64,000 nt of DNA from NCBI GenBank assembly GCA_963840975.1, contig CAWJBC010000021.1, positions 568,862 through 632,861 on the forward strand, given 5' to 3'. The notes beneath the pieces are model-generated. The model ran no database searches, was not told where the DNA came from, and saw only the letters and a list, made by a program, of their open reading frames with translations. Within the stretch, counting starts at the first letter, position 1, and each line of letters opens with the position of its first letter. The position numbers and the translations under genes were made by a program. The stretch comes from an uncultured Bacteroidales bacterium (GTDB lineage Bacteria; Bacteroidota; Bacteroidia; Bacteroidales; JAADJA01). Positions 1 to 11,459 of the stretch are shown in pieces.

Positions 1-1617
1 CCAATCGAGAATTTTCCACACAGGTTTGTAAATGTTGTACCCAAGAGTCAGTTCATCCTTGATATAATTGTTGTAAAGCAAAAAGCCCATATCATTAGGG
101 TCGTATTGATCCGAATAAAAATCGTGTTCGCCGACAGCTATAAACTTCCCGCTGATTTTCCCACCAACCAACACGTATTTATATCCAAACACAGGTTGAA
201 ATCCCTGATTGTATTGCTGGCTAACTGAACCCAATCCGTAAAAAACGTATGTATTTGATTTATCAGCAAGCCTGAGTTCCGAACTGCTCACATTGGCTGA
301 ATAATGATTATCAGGACGGTAAACATTAGTATTAAAAAAATTTACAAAGGAATTGTTCTTCAAAGCCTGTTCGAGAATAAACATATTGTAATTGCTGAAA
401 GGCTCAGTTAATATTTTCCTCTTTTCACCCGTTAATGTATCTTCAACTTTGGCGTAGGTATTGGCCGTCATGCCATTAAAAATTCCTAATGCCAGCCCTT
501 TGTTGCTTTTGCCCGTAATCTTAGTTGCATTGATCAGTTGGGCTTCGGTAGGGTTTTCAATTATTATTTCGTTAGTATCTAATTGTTGGCTGACGTCATC
601 ATAACCGGAAGGCTCTGAACCCAGCCGACGGCTGTAAAACACATTTCCCTTATCGAAAAGTTCTGTTCCCTCCATAAAGAAAGGTCGTTTTTCATCATAG
701 TAAACTTCAAAAGGAGTGAGGTTGTAAATTTTGTCGTCGGATTGTACCTGACCGAAATCAGGAATTAACGTCATGTCGAGGGTATAGCTTTCGTTGATGC
801 CATATTTCAAGTCAAGCCCATAATTATAAGAGTAGCCCCACGATTTTGATTCAGGACTTTTTTCGACATATCCTGCAAGGTAGGGAACAAAAGATAACCT
901 GAGCGGTGGTTTGATGTTGGAAATGCCGTGTAATTCACCAGCCTGATTGTTGAGTCCATCTATTTCCCTGTTAATCAGGTTCCAGGTGGTGTTTTCGCGA
1001 TAACGCATGATATTCCTGAATATCTGCAAGCCCCAGACTTGTTCTTCCATTTTTGGAAATCTGATAGCGGAATAGGGTATCTTAAATTCCGCAACCCAGC
1101 CATTTTCAGTAATTGAAACCTCGCTCTGCCAAACGGCATCCCAACTTTCGTCTTCATCATCGCTTCCGGTTGATTTTAAATCCACCTGAACGCCGGAGGC
1201 TGTTGTTATAAATCCAAATGCAGTAAGATAATCGTTATAGCAATCTAAATAAACACCGAAATAATCCGCCATGTTGATGTCGTCCCTTTGGCTCAGTTCA
1301 GTTAAAATGCTGTCAGGATGTGGGTCGTAAAGCATTGCCCCGACATAAATTGCTATATCATCATACACAAATTTGACTTCAGAATTGAATGTTGCCGGAT
1401 TTCCGTTATAAGGAACAAACTGCACAAAATCAGTTGCGGGAGAAACTTCACTCCAGATCTGATCATCAAGCACACCATCAATTTTCGGAGGATTTTGTAT
1501 CCGAATGGCACTGACAGATTTCTTTGTAATATTTTGGGTAAAAACATGCTGTGGTAAAACCGAATTAACAGTTACCACTATCAAAAAAAACAATAAATAT
1601 TTAATTTGAGGTTGCAT
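1..1617 (-). CDS. DUF5916 / CBM9-like domain protein, secreted (3' end runs off the window)
   Basis: My own translation from ATG at 1617 (MQPQIKYLLFFLIVVTVNS..., signal-like) finds no stop down to position 1. It is absent from the ORF track because it is open-ended. Segments such as IRIQNPPKIDGVLDDQIW and LDMTLIPDFGQVQSDDKIYNLTPFEVYYDEKRPFF match this Bacteroidota family by recall. Confidence 0.6.
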   Translation of the reverse strand, partial: MQPQIKYLLFFLIVVTVNSVLPQHVFTQNITKKSVSAIRIQNPPKIDGVLDDQIWSEVSPATDFVQFVPYNGNPATFNSEVKFVYDDIAIYVGAMLYDPHPDSILTELSQRDDINMADYFGVYLDCYNDYLTAFGFITTASGVQVDLKSTGSDDEDESWDAVWQSEVSITENGWVAEFKIPYSAIRFPKMEEQVWGLQIFRNIMRYRENTTWNLINREIDGLNNQAGELHGISNIKPPLRLSFVPYLAGYVEKSPESKSWGYSYNYGLDLKYGINESYTLDMTLIPDFGQVQSDDKIYNLTPFEVYYDEKRPFFMEGTELFDKGNVFYSRRLGSEPSGYDDVSQQLDTNEIIIENPTEAQLINATKITGKSNKGLALGIFNGMTANTYAKVEDTLTGEKRKILTEPFSNYNMFILEQALKNNSFVNFFNTNVYRPDNHYSANVSSSELRLADKSNTYVFYGLGSVSQQYNQGFQPVFGYKYVLVGGKISGKFIAVGEHDFYSDQYDPNDMGFLLYNNYIKDELTLGYNIYKPVWKILDW

Positions 1618-1729
1618 AAAAATTCTGTTCAAAATTATAACAGATTCCTTATGAAATTGAATTTATATGGTTTTTGGTAAAATATCTTTTAATAAACTGA
1701 AATTCAATCAAGAAAGCCCGTGCTTATTA

Positions 1730-2239
1730 TTATAGACCTAATAAATTCCTGTACAGGAGGTAGTTTTCCTGATCAAAGCAAGCAAAGATAATTTTAGTGA
1801 CAGTCGTTTTAATTGTAATGAAATTTTCAACTTCTGTAATTGCAATTGTGGCAGCTTGCTCTTTTGGAAATCGGTAAATACCTGTGCTGATATTCGGGAA
1901 TGCAATAGATGTTACCTGATGTTCTTCTGCAAGTCTCAAACTGTTTTTATAGCAACTTCTCAGCAGATTTTCTTCATTGCTGATGCCTCCCTGCCAAACG
2001 GGACCAACGGTGTGGATAACATACCGTGCTGTCAACAGGTAGCCTTTGGTAATTTTTGCATCACCAGTGTTGCATCCGTTCAATGTTCTGCATTCTTCGA
2101 GAAGTAATGGACCTGCTGCGCGATGAATGGCTCCGTCAACACCGCCGCCGCCAAGCAAACTCCGGTTAGCAGCATTTACAATCGCATCCACCTCAAGCCT
2201 GGTTATATCTCCCTGAATGACCTGAATGTCAGTTTCCAT
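1730..2239 (-). CDS. ymdB: macro-domain protein, O-acetyl-ADP-ribose deacetylase (YmdB-like)
   Basis: The 169-aa ORF has [35 protein letters not shown]...HTVGPVW...[15 protein letters not shown], collinear with E. coli YmdB by recall. Confidence 0.85.
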   Translation of the reverse strand: METDIQVIQGDITRLEVDAIVNAANRSLLGGGGVDGAIHRAAGPLLLEECRTLNGCNTGDAKITKGYLLTARYVIHTVGPVWQGGISNEENLLRSCYKNSLRLAEEHQVTSIAFPNISTGIYRFPKEQAATIAITEVENFITIKTTVTKIIFACFDQENYLLYRNLLGL

Positions 2240-2240
2240 T

Positions 2241-3593
2241 TTATTGAGCCTTCCGTACGATTAACTGTCCTGTTTGGTAGCCCGTAACTTTAACATTCGT
2301 TTCTTTCTCAATATATCCTGCTTCGGCGGTTGCATCATAGATGTCACCGTCAACCATCACTTTACCGGCCGGACGAAGAATTGTATGCGCCACACCTATT
2401 TTCCCGACCATACTTTTATAGTGGGAGTCGGAGGAGGTAAACCCATCTTCATGATTTTGCACAGAGTCGAGGGCAAGATGTCCAAAAGTAGTGGTTGTTA
2501 GTATCTTTCTGCCAAAATAAAAAGAAAGCACTATCGCCAGAAATCCGGCTATTACCACTATAAAAAAGGATTTGATAAGACCGATAACCTGAATACCTTC
2601 AAAGTTGAATCCCAGGTTGTAAGTCATGCTAAGTGTAAGTCCTGCCACAACAAAGATAATTCCCAGTATACCAGGAACTCCGAATCCCGGTATCACAAAA
2701 ATCTCTACGGCTAATAAAATTAATCCGACAATGAACAGTAAAATTTCCCAATGTTCGGCGAGTCCTTCAATATAGAGCGGTGCAAAATAGAGCATTGCAG
2801 CTATTGCGGATGCTGCAAGCGGAAATCCCACACCCGGGGTTTGCATTTCGAAATAGATGCCACCAATGATAATCATAATTAAAATTCCACTTACAAAAGG
2901 ATTGATCAGGAAACGGATGATTTTATCAGCCAGGTTCAACCTTTGCTCAATTATTTTATAATCTTTGATGTCGGCTATTTTAAGTACTTCCTCAACCGAT
3001 TCGGCAACTCCTTCGCAGTATTTGTATTTCATTGCTTCATTTGCAGTAAAAGTCAACACCTGACCTGTGTCGGTAATTCCTTCGATGTAAATCCTCGGAT
3101 CCACCATTGCCTGCGCAATATCAGGATCCCTGCCGGATGCTTCTGCTGTTGAGCGCATCATTGAACGCATGTACGATTGGTATTTATCAGGCAAAGGTTT
3201 TCCGGTTTGATCCACCACCGTTGCAGCACCAATATTTGCACCTGACCGCATATAGATTGAATCACAGGCAATTGAAATCAGAGCACCGGCTGAGGCAGCA
3301 TTGTTGTCAATAAAAACCCACACCGGAATTTCGGTATTTAATATTGCGGTCCTGATCGAATCAGCGGCATCCAGCATACCTCCGTAAGTATTCATGTGAA
3401 TGAGGATCAGGTCAGCCTTATTGTCGCGGGCTTCCTTGAATGCTTTCTTAGTCTTATGCCATACGGGAGGCGCTATTTCTTCCTTTATGTCAAATTTGTA
3501 AATAATTTGTGTGGTATCCTGTCCGAAAACAATTTGACAGGCTACTGCGGCAAGAATCAGGGTGAAGAAAAATCGTATAGTTATTTGTTTCAT
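2241..3593 (-). CDS. NfeD-family membrane-bound serine protease (ClpP class)
   Basis: The 450-aa ORF has a signal peptide and a ClpP-like N-terminal domain ([34 protein letters not shown]). It also has a multi-TM core and an NfeD OB-fold tail ([25 protein letters not shown]). Confidence 0.75.
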   Translation of the reverse strand: MKQITIRFFFTLILAAVACQIVFGQDTTQIIYKFDIKEEIAPPVWHKTKKAFKEARDNKADLILIHMNTYGGMLDAADSIRTAILNTEIPVWVFIDNNAASAGALISIACDSIYMRSGANIGAATVVDQTGKPLPDKYQSYMRSMMRSTAEASGRDPDIAQAMVDPRIYIEGITDTGQVLTFTANEAMKYKYCEGVAESVEEVLKIADIKDYKIIEQRLNLADKIIRFLINPFVSGILIMIIIGGIYFEMQTPGVGFPLAASAIAAMLYFAPLYIEGLAEHWEILLFIVGLILLAVEIFVIPGFGVPGILGIIFVVAGLTLSMTYNLGFNFEGIQVIGLIKSFFIVVIAGFLAIVLSFYFGRKILTTTTFGHLALDSVQNHEDGFTSSDSHYKSMVGKIGVAHTILRPAGKVMVDGDIYDATAEAGYIEKETNVKVTGYQTGQLIVRKAQ

Positions 3594-3636
3594 AATGGTT
3601 ACCTGGTTTCTATTTGGTGTATTATCAAATGCAAAC

Positions 3637-3978
3637 TTATTTCTGCTGGTTGTTGTGCATTGAGCGGTAAAGCTTTCGCCATGCTTTCTGCCGCCAGTAG
3701 TGGCGCTTCATAAATTTTCCCCAGTTGATGTTTGTCCAAAGCCGTTCATGCAAATAATAAAGAAAGATTTTAGAAGCAAATTCAAGTACCGTGACCACAG
3801 TAGCTCCTTCTAAAACATCAGCAAGCCCTTTTTCAGTATATTGTCTGAAAATTACAAAAGCAACCAGAAAGGTGGCACCTGACCCTAAAATTCTCCAGGT
3901 AATTGCCTTGGTCAGACTTCGTCCGGGAGTATCTTTTAAAATGGTTGCCTCATTTTGTTCATTCATTTCCTTTTTCAT
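3637..3978 (-). CDS. small membrane protein, DUF2061-like
   Basis: The 113-aa ORF has KAITWRILGSGATFLVAFVIF and YYLHERLWTNINWGK, which resemble the DUF2061 pattern by recall. Confidence 0.45.
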   Translation of the reverse strand: MKKEMNEQNEATILKDTPGRSLTKAITWRILGSGATFLVAFVIFRQYTEKGLADVLEGATVVTVLEFASKIFLYYLHERLWTNINWGKFMKRHYWRQKAWRKLYRSMHNNQQK

Positions 3979-4009
3979 TAAAAACCTCTATTTAAATTGA
4001 AAAATGATT

Positions 4010-4813
4010 TTAGCGCGATTGGGTAAAATGAGTTTTGATAATCGTTAACAATTCTTCATTAATAAAAGGATTGGTTGCCACCAATTCCCCTCCGAAAATA
4101 TATTGATCAGTATCTGAAAAATCACTGACTTTCCCGCCTGCTTCCCGCACTATCAATGATCCGGCGGCTACATCCCAAGGACTTAAACCATATTCATAAA
4201 ATCCTTCAAACCTGCCGCAGGCAGTATATGCCAGATCCACAGCAGCAGAGCCAAGCCTCCTCAATCCGTGTGTGTTTTCCATGAGATGCTTGAACAGTAG
4301 GATATATTCGTCAAGTTTTCCATAATCATAATACGGGAATCCGGTTGCCAGAAGGCTATCCTTCAGAATGTTTATTTGTGAAACCTCTATTTTGTGACCA
4401 TTAAGAAAAGCGCCTCCATTTTTCCATGCATAAAAACACTCCTGAAGATTGGGTTCGTAAATCACACCCAATACCACTTCATTTCTCTGCATAAGGGCAA
4501 TACTGATAGAAAACAAAGGAACATGGTGAATAAAATTAGTTGTTCCATCCAGAGGGTCCACCACCCAGTTGTAATGATCCTTTTTTCGCAAATCCTGATT
4601 TTCTTCCGCTATAAATCCAGCCTGGGGGAGTAATGAATGCAATTCTGTAACCAGCCTTTTCTCTGTGTTGGTGTCAACATAAGTCACAAAATTATTCAGC
4701 CCCTTGGTTTGAATATCCGAATTTTTTATTTTTTTGATTTCCGCTTTAAGCAAATTTCCGGTTATTCTTGTAATATTCACCACCTGCTTTGTCAAAAGCT
4801 CAAGATTTAGCAT
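4010..4813 (-). CDS. suhB: inositol monophosphatase family protein
   Basis: The 267-aa ORF has the WVVDPLDGTTNFIHHVP and GSAAVDLAYTACGRFEGFYEYGLSPWDVAAG motifs. Confidence 0.85.
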   Translation of the reverse strand: MLNLELLTKQVVNITRITGNLLKAEIKKIKNSDIQTKGLNNFVTYVDTNTEKRLVTELHSLLPQAGFIAEENQDLRKKDHYNWVVDPLDGTTNFIHHVPLFSISIALMQRNEVVLGVIYEPNLQECFYAWKNGGAFLNGHKIEVSQINILKDSLLATGFPYYDYGKLDEYILLFKHLMENTHGLRRLGSAAVDLAYTACGRFEGFYEYGLSPWDVAAGSLIVREAGGKVSDFSDTDQYIFGGELVATNPFINEELLTIIKTHFTQSR

Positions 4814-5198
4814 AGTATTTAAATTTAACTTACCCTGGTTTCAATTTTCTATCCAGAGATTAATTCTTTCAATTGGCAAAGATACAACAGTGTTTTGTTT
4901 TTTTGGGATAGTTTTAAAATCAAAACCACACAAATCTGATAAGGTGCCGGATGATTTCGTTAGTTTTTCCCTTATTTCTGATAAAAATAACTAAAATTAG
5001 CAAACCTGTTGATAAATTATTCCGTACAAGATTAGTAAAGGTATTCGTGATAGAACTCATGATTCAGATTTGAACTCATTTTATTTTTTTTTTGAGTTTA
5101 TCTATTACATTTGTGCATCAGGTCGAAAATTATATTAAGGCAGGAATTATCAGGATATTATTCTGGTTCAGTAAAATATTTATCCCAACTACGGCGAA

Positions 5199-8100
5199 AT
5201 GAAGAATAGTTACAAAAAATCAAATCATACCGTTAAAAAAGATTCAATAAGTATGACCGAAATAAGGGAGCTGCTTGATGCACTCAGGGAGAGTGAAGAA
5301 AAATACAGGCAACTTCAGGAAAATGTTCCGATTGGTTTGTATCAAAGTACACCCGAAGGGGAATTGACCTATGTGAACAAATGGGCAGCCAAAATTTTGG
5401 GTTATAATGACCCGGAAGAATTGATCAAAAAGAATACCCACGACCTTTATGCCGACCCGAAAGTAAGAGTTGAAATTGTTAATTCGCTGACAAAAAATGG
5501 TTTTCTCAACGATACGGAAGTTCGATTGAAATGCCAGGATAATAGTGAGATTTGGGCAGTGATCAATGCCAAAACGGTCTATAAAAATAAGGTTGCGAAA
5601 AATTTTGATGGTTATATTTATAATATTACCGAGCGCAAAAAGGCATTGGAGCAACTGAAAGACAGCGAAGAGATGTTCAGGACAATTTCCCATAACCTGA
5701 AAAGCGCACTCTTTATCTTTAACTCTGATGGAAAATTCGAGTACATCAATCCGGCGATGACTGAAATTACCGGGTATTCACGAATGGACCTGATAGGAAC
5801 TGAGTTTTATAAAATTGTACATCCCGACTATGTTGAAATAGTGAAGTCACGTGGGTTTAACCGGCTGTTGGGCATTGATGTTCCCAAATCCTATGAGTTT
5901 AAGATATTAACAAAAGGCGGAAAAGAAAAGTGGATCGAAATACTGGCTACAAAACTAATTTTGAAAGGGAAATCTGTTGTAATGGGGTTGGGCAAAGATA
6001 TTTCGGATCACAAGGATGCACTGCAAATTATCAGGAATAGTGAACAGAAGTATAAAACCCTTTATTCTGTTTTTCGATTGATGGCTGATAATGTAACAGA
6101 TATGATCTGGGCGAAAGACCTAACAGGGAAATACATTTTTGCCAATAAGGCTATGTGTGATAAACTGCTGATGGCTAAAAATGTGGAAGAACCTATTGGG
6201 AAGACCGATATGTTTTTTGCTGAACGTGAAAGGAGAAAGCATCCGGACAATACTGAATGGCATACTTTCGGGGAGATATGTGGAAATACTGATCTGGTGG
6301 TTTTAAAGAGTAAAAAGCCGGAACGCTTTGATGAATATGGCAATATCCGGGGTAAATTTTTATTTCTTGATGTTATCAAGGCTCCCTTTATGGATGAAAC
6401 AGGGCAAATGATAGGAACTGTAGGAAGTGCACGGGATGTGACAAAAGAACGGCAAACGGAACAGGAACACCTTAGAATAGAAAAATTACAATCTGTAATA
6501 TATCGAATAAGTGCCGCATCAGGCGCTACAAGGGATCTGAAAGAACTGATAACCGTCATCCGCAACGAATTGGGGCAGGTTTTAGACACCACTAATTTCT
6601 ATATTGCCCTGTATGACCATGAAAAAAATGAAATTCAACTTCCTTTTTTTGTTGATGAAAATGATGACTTTACCAGTTTTCCCAAAGGTAAATCACTCAC
6701 CGGTCTGGTCATCACCCAAAAGAAGTCACTCTTGCTAAAAGAGAAAAACATAAGGGAACTTGAGGACTCAGGGTTACTTGATGCAATGGGAACACCTTCA
6801 AAGGTTTGGATGGGGGTGCCACTGATTGTGAAAGAAAATGTCATTGGAGCCATTGTCGTCCAGAATTATGATAACAGTGAAGCTTTTAACATGAAAGACC
6901 TTGACCTGCTGGAATACGTTTCAAGCCAGTTAGGTTTTGCCATCACCCAGAAACAAGCCGATGATGAATTGAGGGAAAGTGAAAAAAGGTTGAGGCAGAT
7001 CATTGATACGGTTCCACACATGATTTATGCAAAAGACAAAAGCGGCACCTTTATTCTTGCAAATAAAATGACTGCCGAATCATACGGACTTCCGGTGGAA
7101 AGAGTTGAGGGTCTCAGGCAATCGGCACTCCACGGTTACAAGGAGGAAGCAAAAAAATATGACCAGGATGATCAGCTTCTTTTTGAACAAGCGGAGTTGT
7201 TTATTTCGACCGAAGAGAAGTTTACCGACTTCAAAGGCGAGGAGCACATCCTGCAAACCATTAAAATTCCCTTCAATACGAATAATAAAGAAAAGGGATT
7301 GCTAGGCGTATCCATTGATATTACGGATAGAAAGAAATTTGAAAAAGAACTCAAGTTTGCCAAAGAAAAAGCGGAGGAATCTGACCGCTTAAAGACGGCT
7401 TTCCTGGCGAATATGTCGCACGAGATACGCACCCCTATGAATGCTATCATTGGTTTTTCGGAATTGTTGAACGATAGCGACCTGACGGTTGAAACCCGAA
7501 GGGAGTTTGTAAGATTGATAAGCGAAAGCAGCAGGATGCTTCTGAATTTGATTGAGGATATAATTGATGTTGCAAAAATTGAAGCTGAACAATTGAAAAT
7601 GATTCAGGGTCTATGCCAGGTAAACAATATCCTTGATGGGTTGGAAAGGCAATTTAAGAGTGAATTGACCAAGGCAACCAATTCTAAAATAACCCTCCGG
7701 GTAAAGAAGGGAAACCCTGATCCCAATTTAACCTTTATCACTGATCCGTTGCGTTTTAAGCAAGTAATGAACAACCTGATCGGAAATGCTTTCAAATTTA
7801 CTGAGGAGGGGATAATTGAGTTCGGTTACGAAATTCTGGAGGAAAAAATAATTCAATTCTATATCAAAGATACGGGTATAGGTTTGCCGGCGGATAAACT
7901 TACCGTTATTTTCGAAAGGTTCAGGCAGGCGGAAGAAAGCACCACCAAGGAATATGGAGGAACGGGACTGGGCCTGACCATTTCAAGGAAACTCATCGAA
8001 TTGATGGGAGGTACAATTTGGGTTGAATCGGTTTTGCATGTGGGAAGCACATTTTACTTTACACTTCCGTTTAAAGAGGTAAAAGAAAATGAAAAATTGA

Positions 8101-8495
8101 AACCTTTTCGTGAGCTTTCCGATAAACATGATTGGTCAGGGAAAATAATATTGGTAGCTGAAGACGAAAATTCTAATTTTGAATTTCTAAAGGCAACACT
8201 TTCCAGGACCAAAGCCATGGTTTTGAGAGCCAAAAATGGAAAAGAAGCAGTTGAAATGTGTTTTAAAAATAGTATTGATTTGGTTTTAATGGATATTCGT
8301 ATGCCGGAAATGAATGGTTATGAAGCTACCCGTGCCATCAGGTCCAGATTGCCCGATTTGCCGATCGTTTCTTTGACAGCTTATGCGATGGCAGAGGATC
8401 GGGAAAGAAGTCTGGCAGAAGGTTGTAACGATCATCTTTCAAAACCTATCAAGCCCATTGAACTTATTTATAGAATCAGCAGATTTCTTGAATAA
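5199..8495 (+). CDS. hybrid sensor histidine kinase/response regulator (multiple PAS, GAF-like, HisKA, HATPase_c, REC)
   Basis: The 1098-aa ORF has the H-box FLANMSHEIRTPMNAIIGFSELL and the ATPase motif GGTGLGLTISRKLIELMGGTIWVES. Its receiver domain reads ILVAEDENSNFEFL...DLVLMDIRMPEMNGYEATRAIR...LSKP. Confidence 0.9.
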   Translation: MKNSYKKSNHTVKKDSISMTEIRELLDALRESEEKYRQLQENVPIGLYQSTPEGELTYVNKWAAKILGYNDPEELIKKNTHDLYADPKVRVEIVNSLTKNGFLNDTEVRLKCQDNSEIWAVINAKTVYKNKVAKNFDGYIYNITERKKALEQLKDSEEMFRTISHNLKSALFIFNSDGKFEYINPAMTEITGYSRMDLIGTEFYKIVHPDYVEIVKSRGFNRLLGIDVPKSYEFKILTKGGKEKWIEILATKLILKGKSVVMGLGKDISDHKDALQIIRNSEQKYKTLYSVFRLMADNVTDMIWAKDLTGKYIFANKAMCDKLLMAKNVEEPIGKTDMFFAERERRKHPDNTEWHTFGEICGNTDLVVLKSKKPERFDEYGNIRGKFLFLDVIKAPFMDETGQMIGTVGSARDVTKERQTEQEHLRIEKLQSVIYRISAASGATRDLKELITVIRNELGQVLDTTNFYIALYDHEKNEIQLPFFVDENDDFTSFPKGKSLTGLVITQKKSLLLKEKNIRELEDSGLLDAMGTPSKVWMGVPLIVKENVIGAIVVQNYDNSEAFNMKDLDLLEYVSSQLGFAITQKQADDELRESEKRLRQIIDTVPHMIYAKDKSGTFILANKMTAESYGLPVERVEGLRQSALHGYKEEAKKYDQDDQLLFEQAELFISTEEKFTDFKGEEHILQTIKIPFNTNNKEKGLLGVSIDITDRKKFEKELKFAKEKAEESDRLKTAFLANMSHEIRTPMNAIIGFSELLNDSDLTVETRREFVRLISESSRMLLNLIEDIIDVAKIEAEQLKMIQGLCQVNNILDGLERQFKSELTKATNSKITLRVKKGNPDPNLTFITDPLRFKQVMNNLIGNAFKFTEEGIIEFGYEILEEKIIQFYIKDTGIGLPADKLTVIFERFRQAEESTTKEYGGTGLGLTISRKLIELMGGTIWVESVLHVGSTFYFTLPFKEVKENEKLKPFRELSDKHDWSGKIILVAEDENSNFEFLKATLSRTKAMVLRAKNGKEAVEMCFKNSIDLVLMDIRMPEMNGYEATRAIRSRLPDLPIVSLTAYAMAEDRERSLAEGCNDHLSKPIKPIELIYRISRFLE

Positions 8496-8539
8496 ATAAG
8501 TCGCTTGGGTACTTTAATTTTCATTTTTTGGTAACGATT

Positions 8540-11450
8540 ATGAACCGGTTGGTTTATCTGTTGGGTATTCATTTGTTTTTAGCGACACAGGCTATTGCCG
8601 GTTCGGTATTCACCGGCGACCGGACCGAAATTGACAGCTTACTTAAACAACTTCCGCAATCCAACCCTAAACAAAAGATTGAAATCCTGCTTAACCTGTC
8701 AAATCAATACCTTTCCTTGTCAACCGATTCCTCAAAAGAATATGCGATGATGGCGCTCATAAACGCCAAAGAAATAAATGATCCGAGCCTCCATTGCCAA
8801 TGCCTATAAATTGCTGGGAAGCATCTATTATTACCAGGGAAACAACAACCAGGTAATCAGCTATTTTGATTCCAGCCTGGCAGCCTACAGTCAGGCAGGC
8901 GACTCTGCAGGAATAGCCAAAGTGTGGAACAATCTCGGTATCATATACCAGCATATCGGCGATTATGAAACATCTATTGAATACCATGTGAAATCGCTTA
9001 CCTATAAAACAAAAATTCAGGATACGCTGGGAATCATTAGTTCGAGCAATAACATCGGTTCCATTTATTACGACCTGGGCGAATACATACAATCTGAGGA
9101 ACAATTTTCAAAGGCGATGAATCTGGCAGAAAAAGTGAATGATTACAAATATCTTCAGAGTATTCTCAATAATCTGGGACTCATCAGTCAGGAATTACGC
9201 CGTTATGAAAAATCTATAGAGGAGTTGCAGAAATCCCTTACCCTTTGCAATCAATTGAATGATATGCCGGGCAGCGCAACCGTGCATCACAATTTAGGAA
9301 AAAGCTATTATTTATTGGGCGAATTTCAGCAGTCGCTCAAACATTATTTTAAAGCAGTGAAGTTGTACGAAAGCCTTGGCGTAAAGAACAGCCAGACCCT
9401 GAACAATATCGGGCAGGTTTACATTGAACTCGATTACTACCAGGAAGCGCAATTATACTTGAAAAAAGCCCTGAAAATTGCAAAGGAGAACAATCAGTTT
9501 ACTTCAATCAGGGACATTTATAATAACCTGGCTGTGGTTTATGAAAGGCTTGGGCAGTTTGACAAAGCGTATGCAAATTACATCCTGTACAATCAATATG
9601 ATGATTCAATAAAAAACCAGATGTTTACTCACCGGGTTCAAAACATCTATGACCAGGCGACACTTGAAAATGAGCGGAAAGAAATGGAAAAAGTTCACCT
9701 TGAAACCATGCTTATGCTCGAAAAAAAGGATTCCGATATCCGGCGGAGGAATTATCTTATCTATTCTTTTATTGCAGGTTTTATTTCCATTTTGGTTATT
9801 GCCCTTATCCTGCTCAAATTGTTCAGGCAAAAAACAAAAGCCAATACATTGCTAATGACCCAGAATGAGGAGATTATCAGGTCGGACAGCATCATTAAAA
9901 AAATCAATAAAGCCCTTACCGAAAATGAGGAGATGTTGCGAAGCATTTTTGATGCTTCTCCCTATTCAATCGTGGTTATTGATATTGACTCCATAATCAT
10001 TGATTGTAATAATGCCTGCCTTATCATGTTTGGAGCAACCAATAAACGCGAAATACTGAATAAAGAAATTGACGAACTATTTGTACCCGGCAATTTGAGA
10101 GAAGCAAAGGATCGTTTAAAGGCTGCCTTTGAAACGGCTGAACTTGCTAAATATGAGTATTTGATGGTGAGAAGAGACGGTTCAACTTTTAATTCAGAGG
10201 TTACCGGCGGATTGATAAAGGATAGTGCGGGTAAATATTCTACCTGTGTTCTGATCGTTACTGACATCACGGAGCGGCTTCATTTCATCGAAAACCTCGA
10301 ACATGCCAAAGCCGAAGCGGTAGAATCCGACCGTCTGAAAACTGCATTTCTTGCCAATATGTCGCACGAAATCAGGACACCGATGAACTCCATTATTGGT
10401 TTTTCCAATTTACTGAACGAGCCTGAGCTGAAACAGGATAAAAAAGAACAGTTTCTTCAACACATCTTGCACAGTAGTAATCATTTACTGAACCTGATTG
10501 ACGATATCATAGACATTTCAAAAATTGAAGCAGGTCAAATCAATATCAACCTGGTAGAATGTAAAATAAATGAAATTGTAAAAGACCTGTTCTTTTCAAC
10601 CCAGGCGACGATGAATAATGATGAGATTGAATTGCTTCTGAATTTGCCTAAAGATAGCGATGGTTTTGCTTTTAAATCTGATCCGCTGCGACTCCGTCAG
10701 ATTTTATCCAATCTTCTGGGGAATGCCTTAAAGTTTACTGAAAAAGGGTTGGTCGAAGTGGGCTATCATATCCAAAAGAGCGATTCAAAGAAGACCGTTG
10801 AATTTTATGTAAAAGATACGGGTATTGGAATTCCAAAAGATAAGCATGGAATTATCTTTGAACGCTTCAGGCAGGTAGACGATTCGCGTACAAGAAAGTT
10901 TGGAGGAACCGGTCTGGGATTAGCCATTTCGCAAAGGCTGGTTGACCTGCTGGGCGGCAGTATATGGGTGGAATCGGAAATAGGAGAGGGAGCTGTTTTC
11001 CATTTTACACTTCCGTTTGAAAATGGTCATCATGAAGAAATGATCCAGTCAGAGCCTTTTAACGGAATTAAATACGAGTGGAAGGACAAGACCATTCTGG
11101 TGGCTGAGGATGAAAATTCAAATTTTGAATTGCTCAAGGCCTCAATAATTCGGACAAAGGTAAGGATCATAAGGGCAATGAATGGAGAAGAGGCAGTGGA
11201 ATATGTGAAAAGAAACAACCACATAGACCTTGTGTTGATGGATATTCGCATGCCCAAACTCAATGGATATGATGCAACACGGCAGATTAAATCCTTAAAA
11301 CCTCATTTGCCGGTTATTTCAATTACCGCTTATGCCATGTCGGAAGATGAAACCAAAAGCATCGAAGCAGGCTGTGATATGTATATTTCCAAACCAATTC
11401 GCCCGTCAAATTTATTGACTTTACTAAATGAATTTCTGGGTTCTGAATGA
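8540..11450 (+). CDS. hybrid sensor histidine kinase/response regulator with N-terminal signal peptide and TPR repeats; frame-disrupted near 8790 as assembled
   Basis: ORFs 8528..8809 (probable ATG at 8540, MNRLVYLLGIHLFLATQAIAG) and 8778..11450 join as ...EINDPSL|IANAYKLLGS if one C near 8790-8792 is removed. The span is 2911 nt, which is 3n+1. It carries TPR-like repeats, a TM segment, a PAS domain, the H-box FLANMSHEIRTPMNSIIGFSNLL, HATPase_c and REC. Confidence 0.85.
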
Positions 11451-11459
11451 AACAAATAC

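Noticed and set aside
8528-8539. Several leading 'M' residues in the ORF track correspond to TTG or GTG codons, for example at 8528, 21935, 25204, 26622 and 17979.
   Set aside because: I preferred downstream ATG codons that give canonical signal peptides or N-termini (8540, 21929, 26655, 17955). These choices are uncertain without RBS or homology data.
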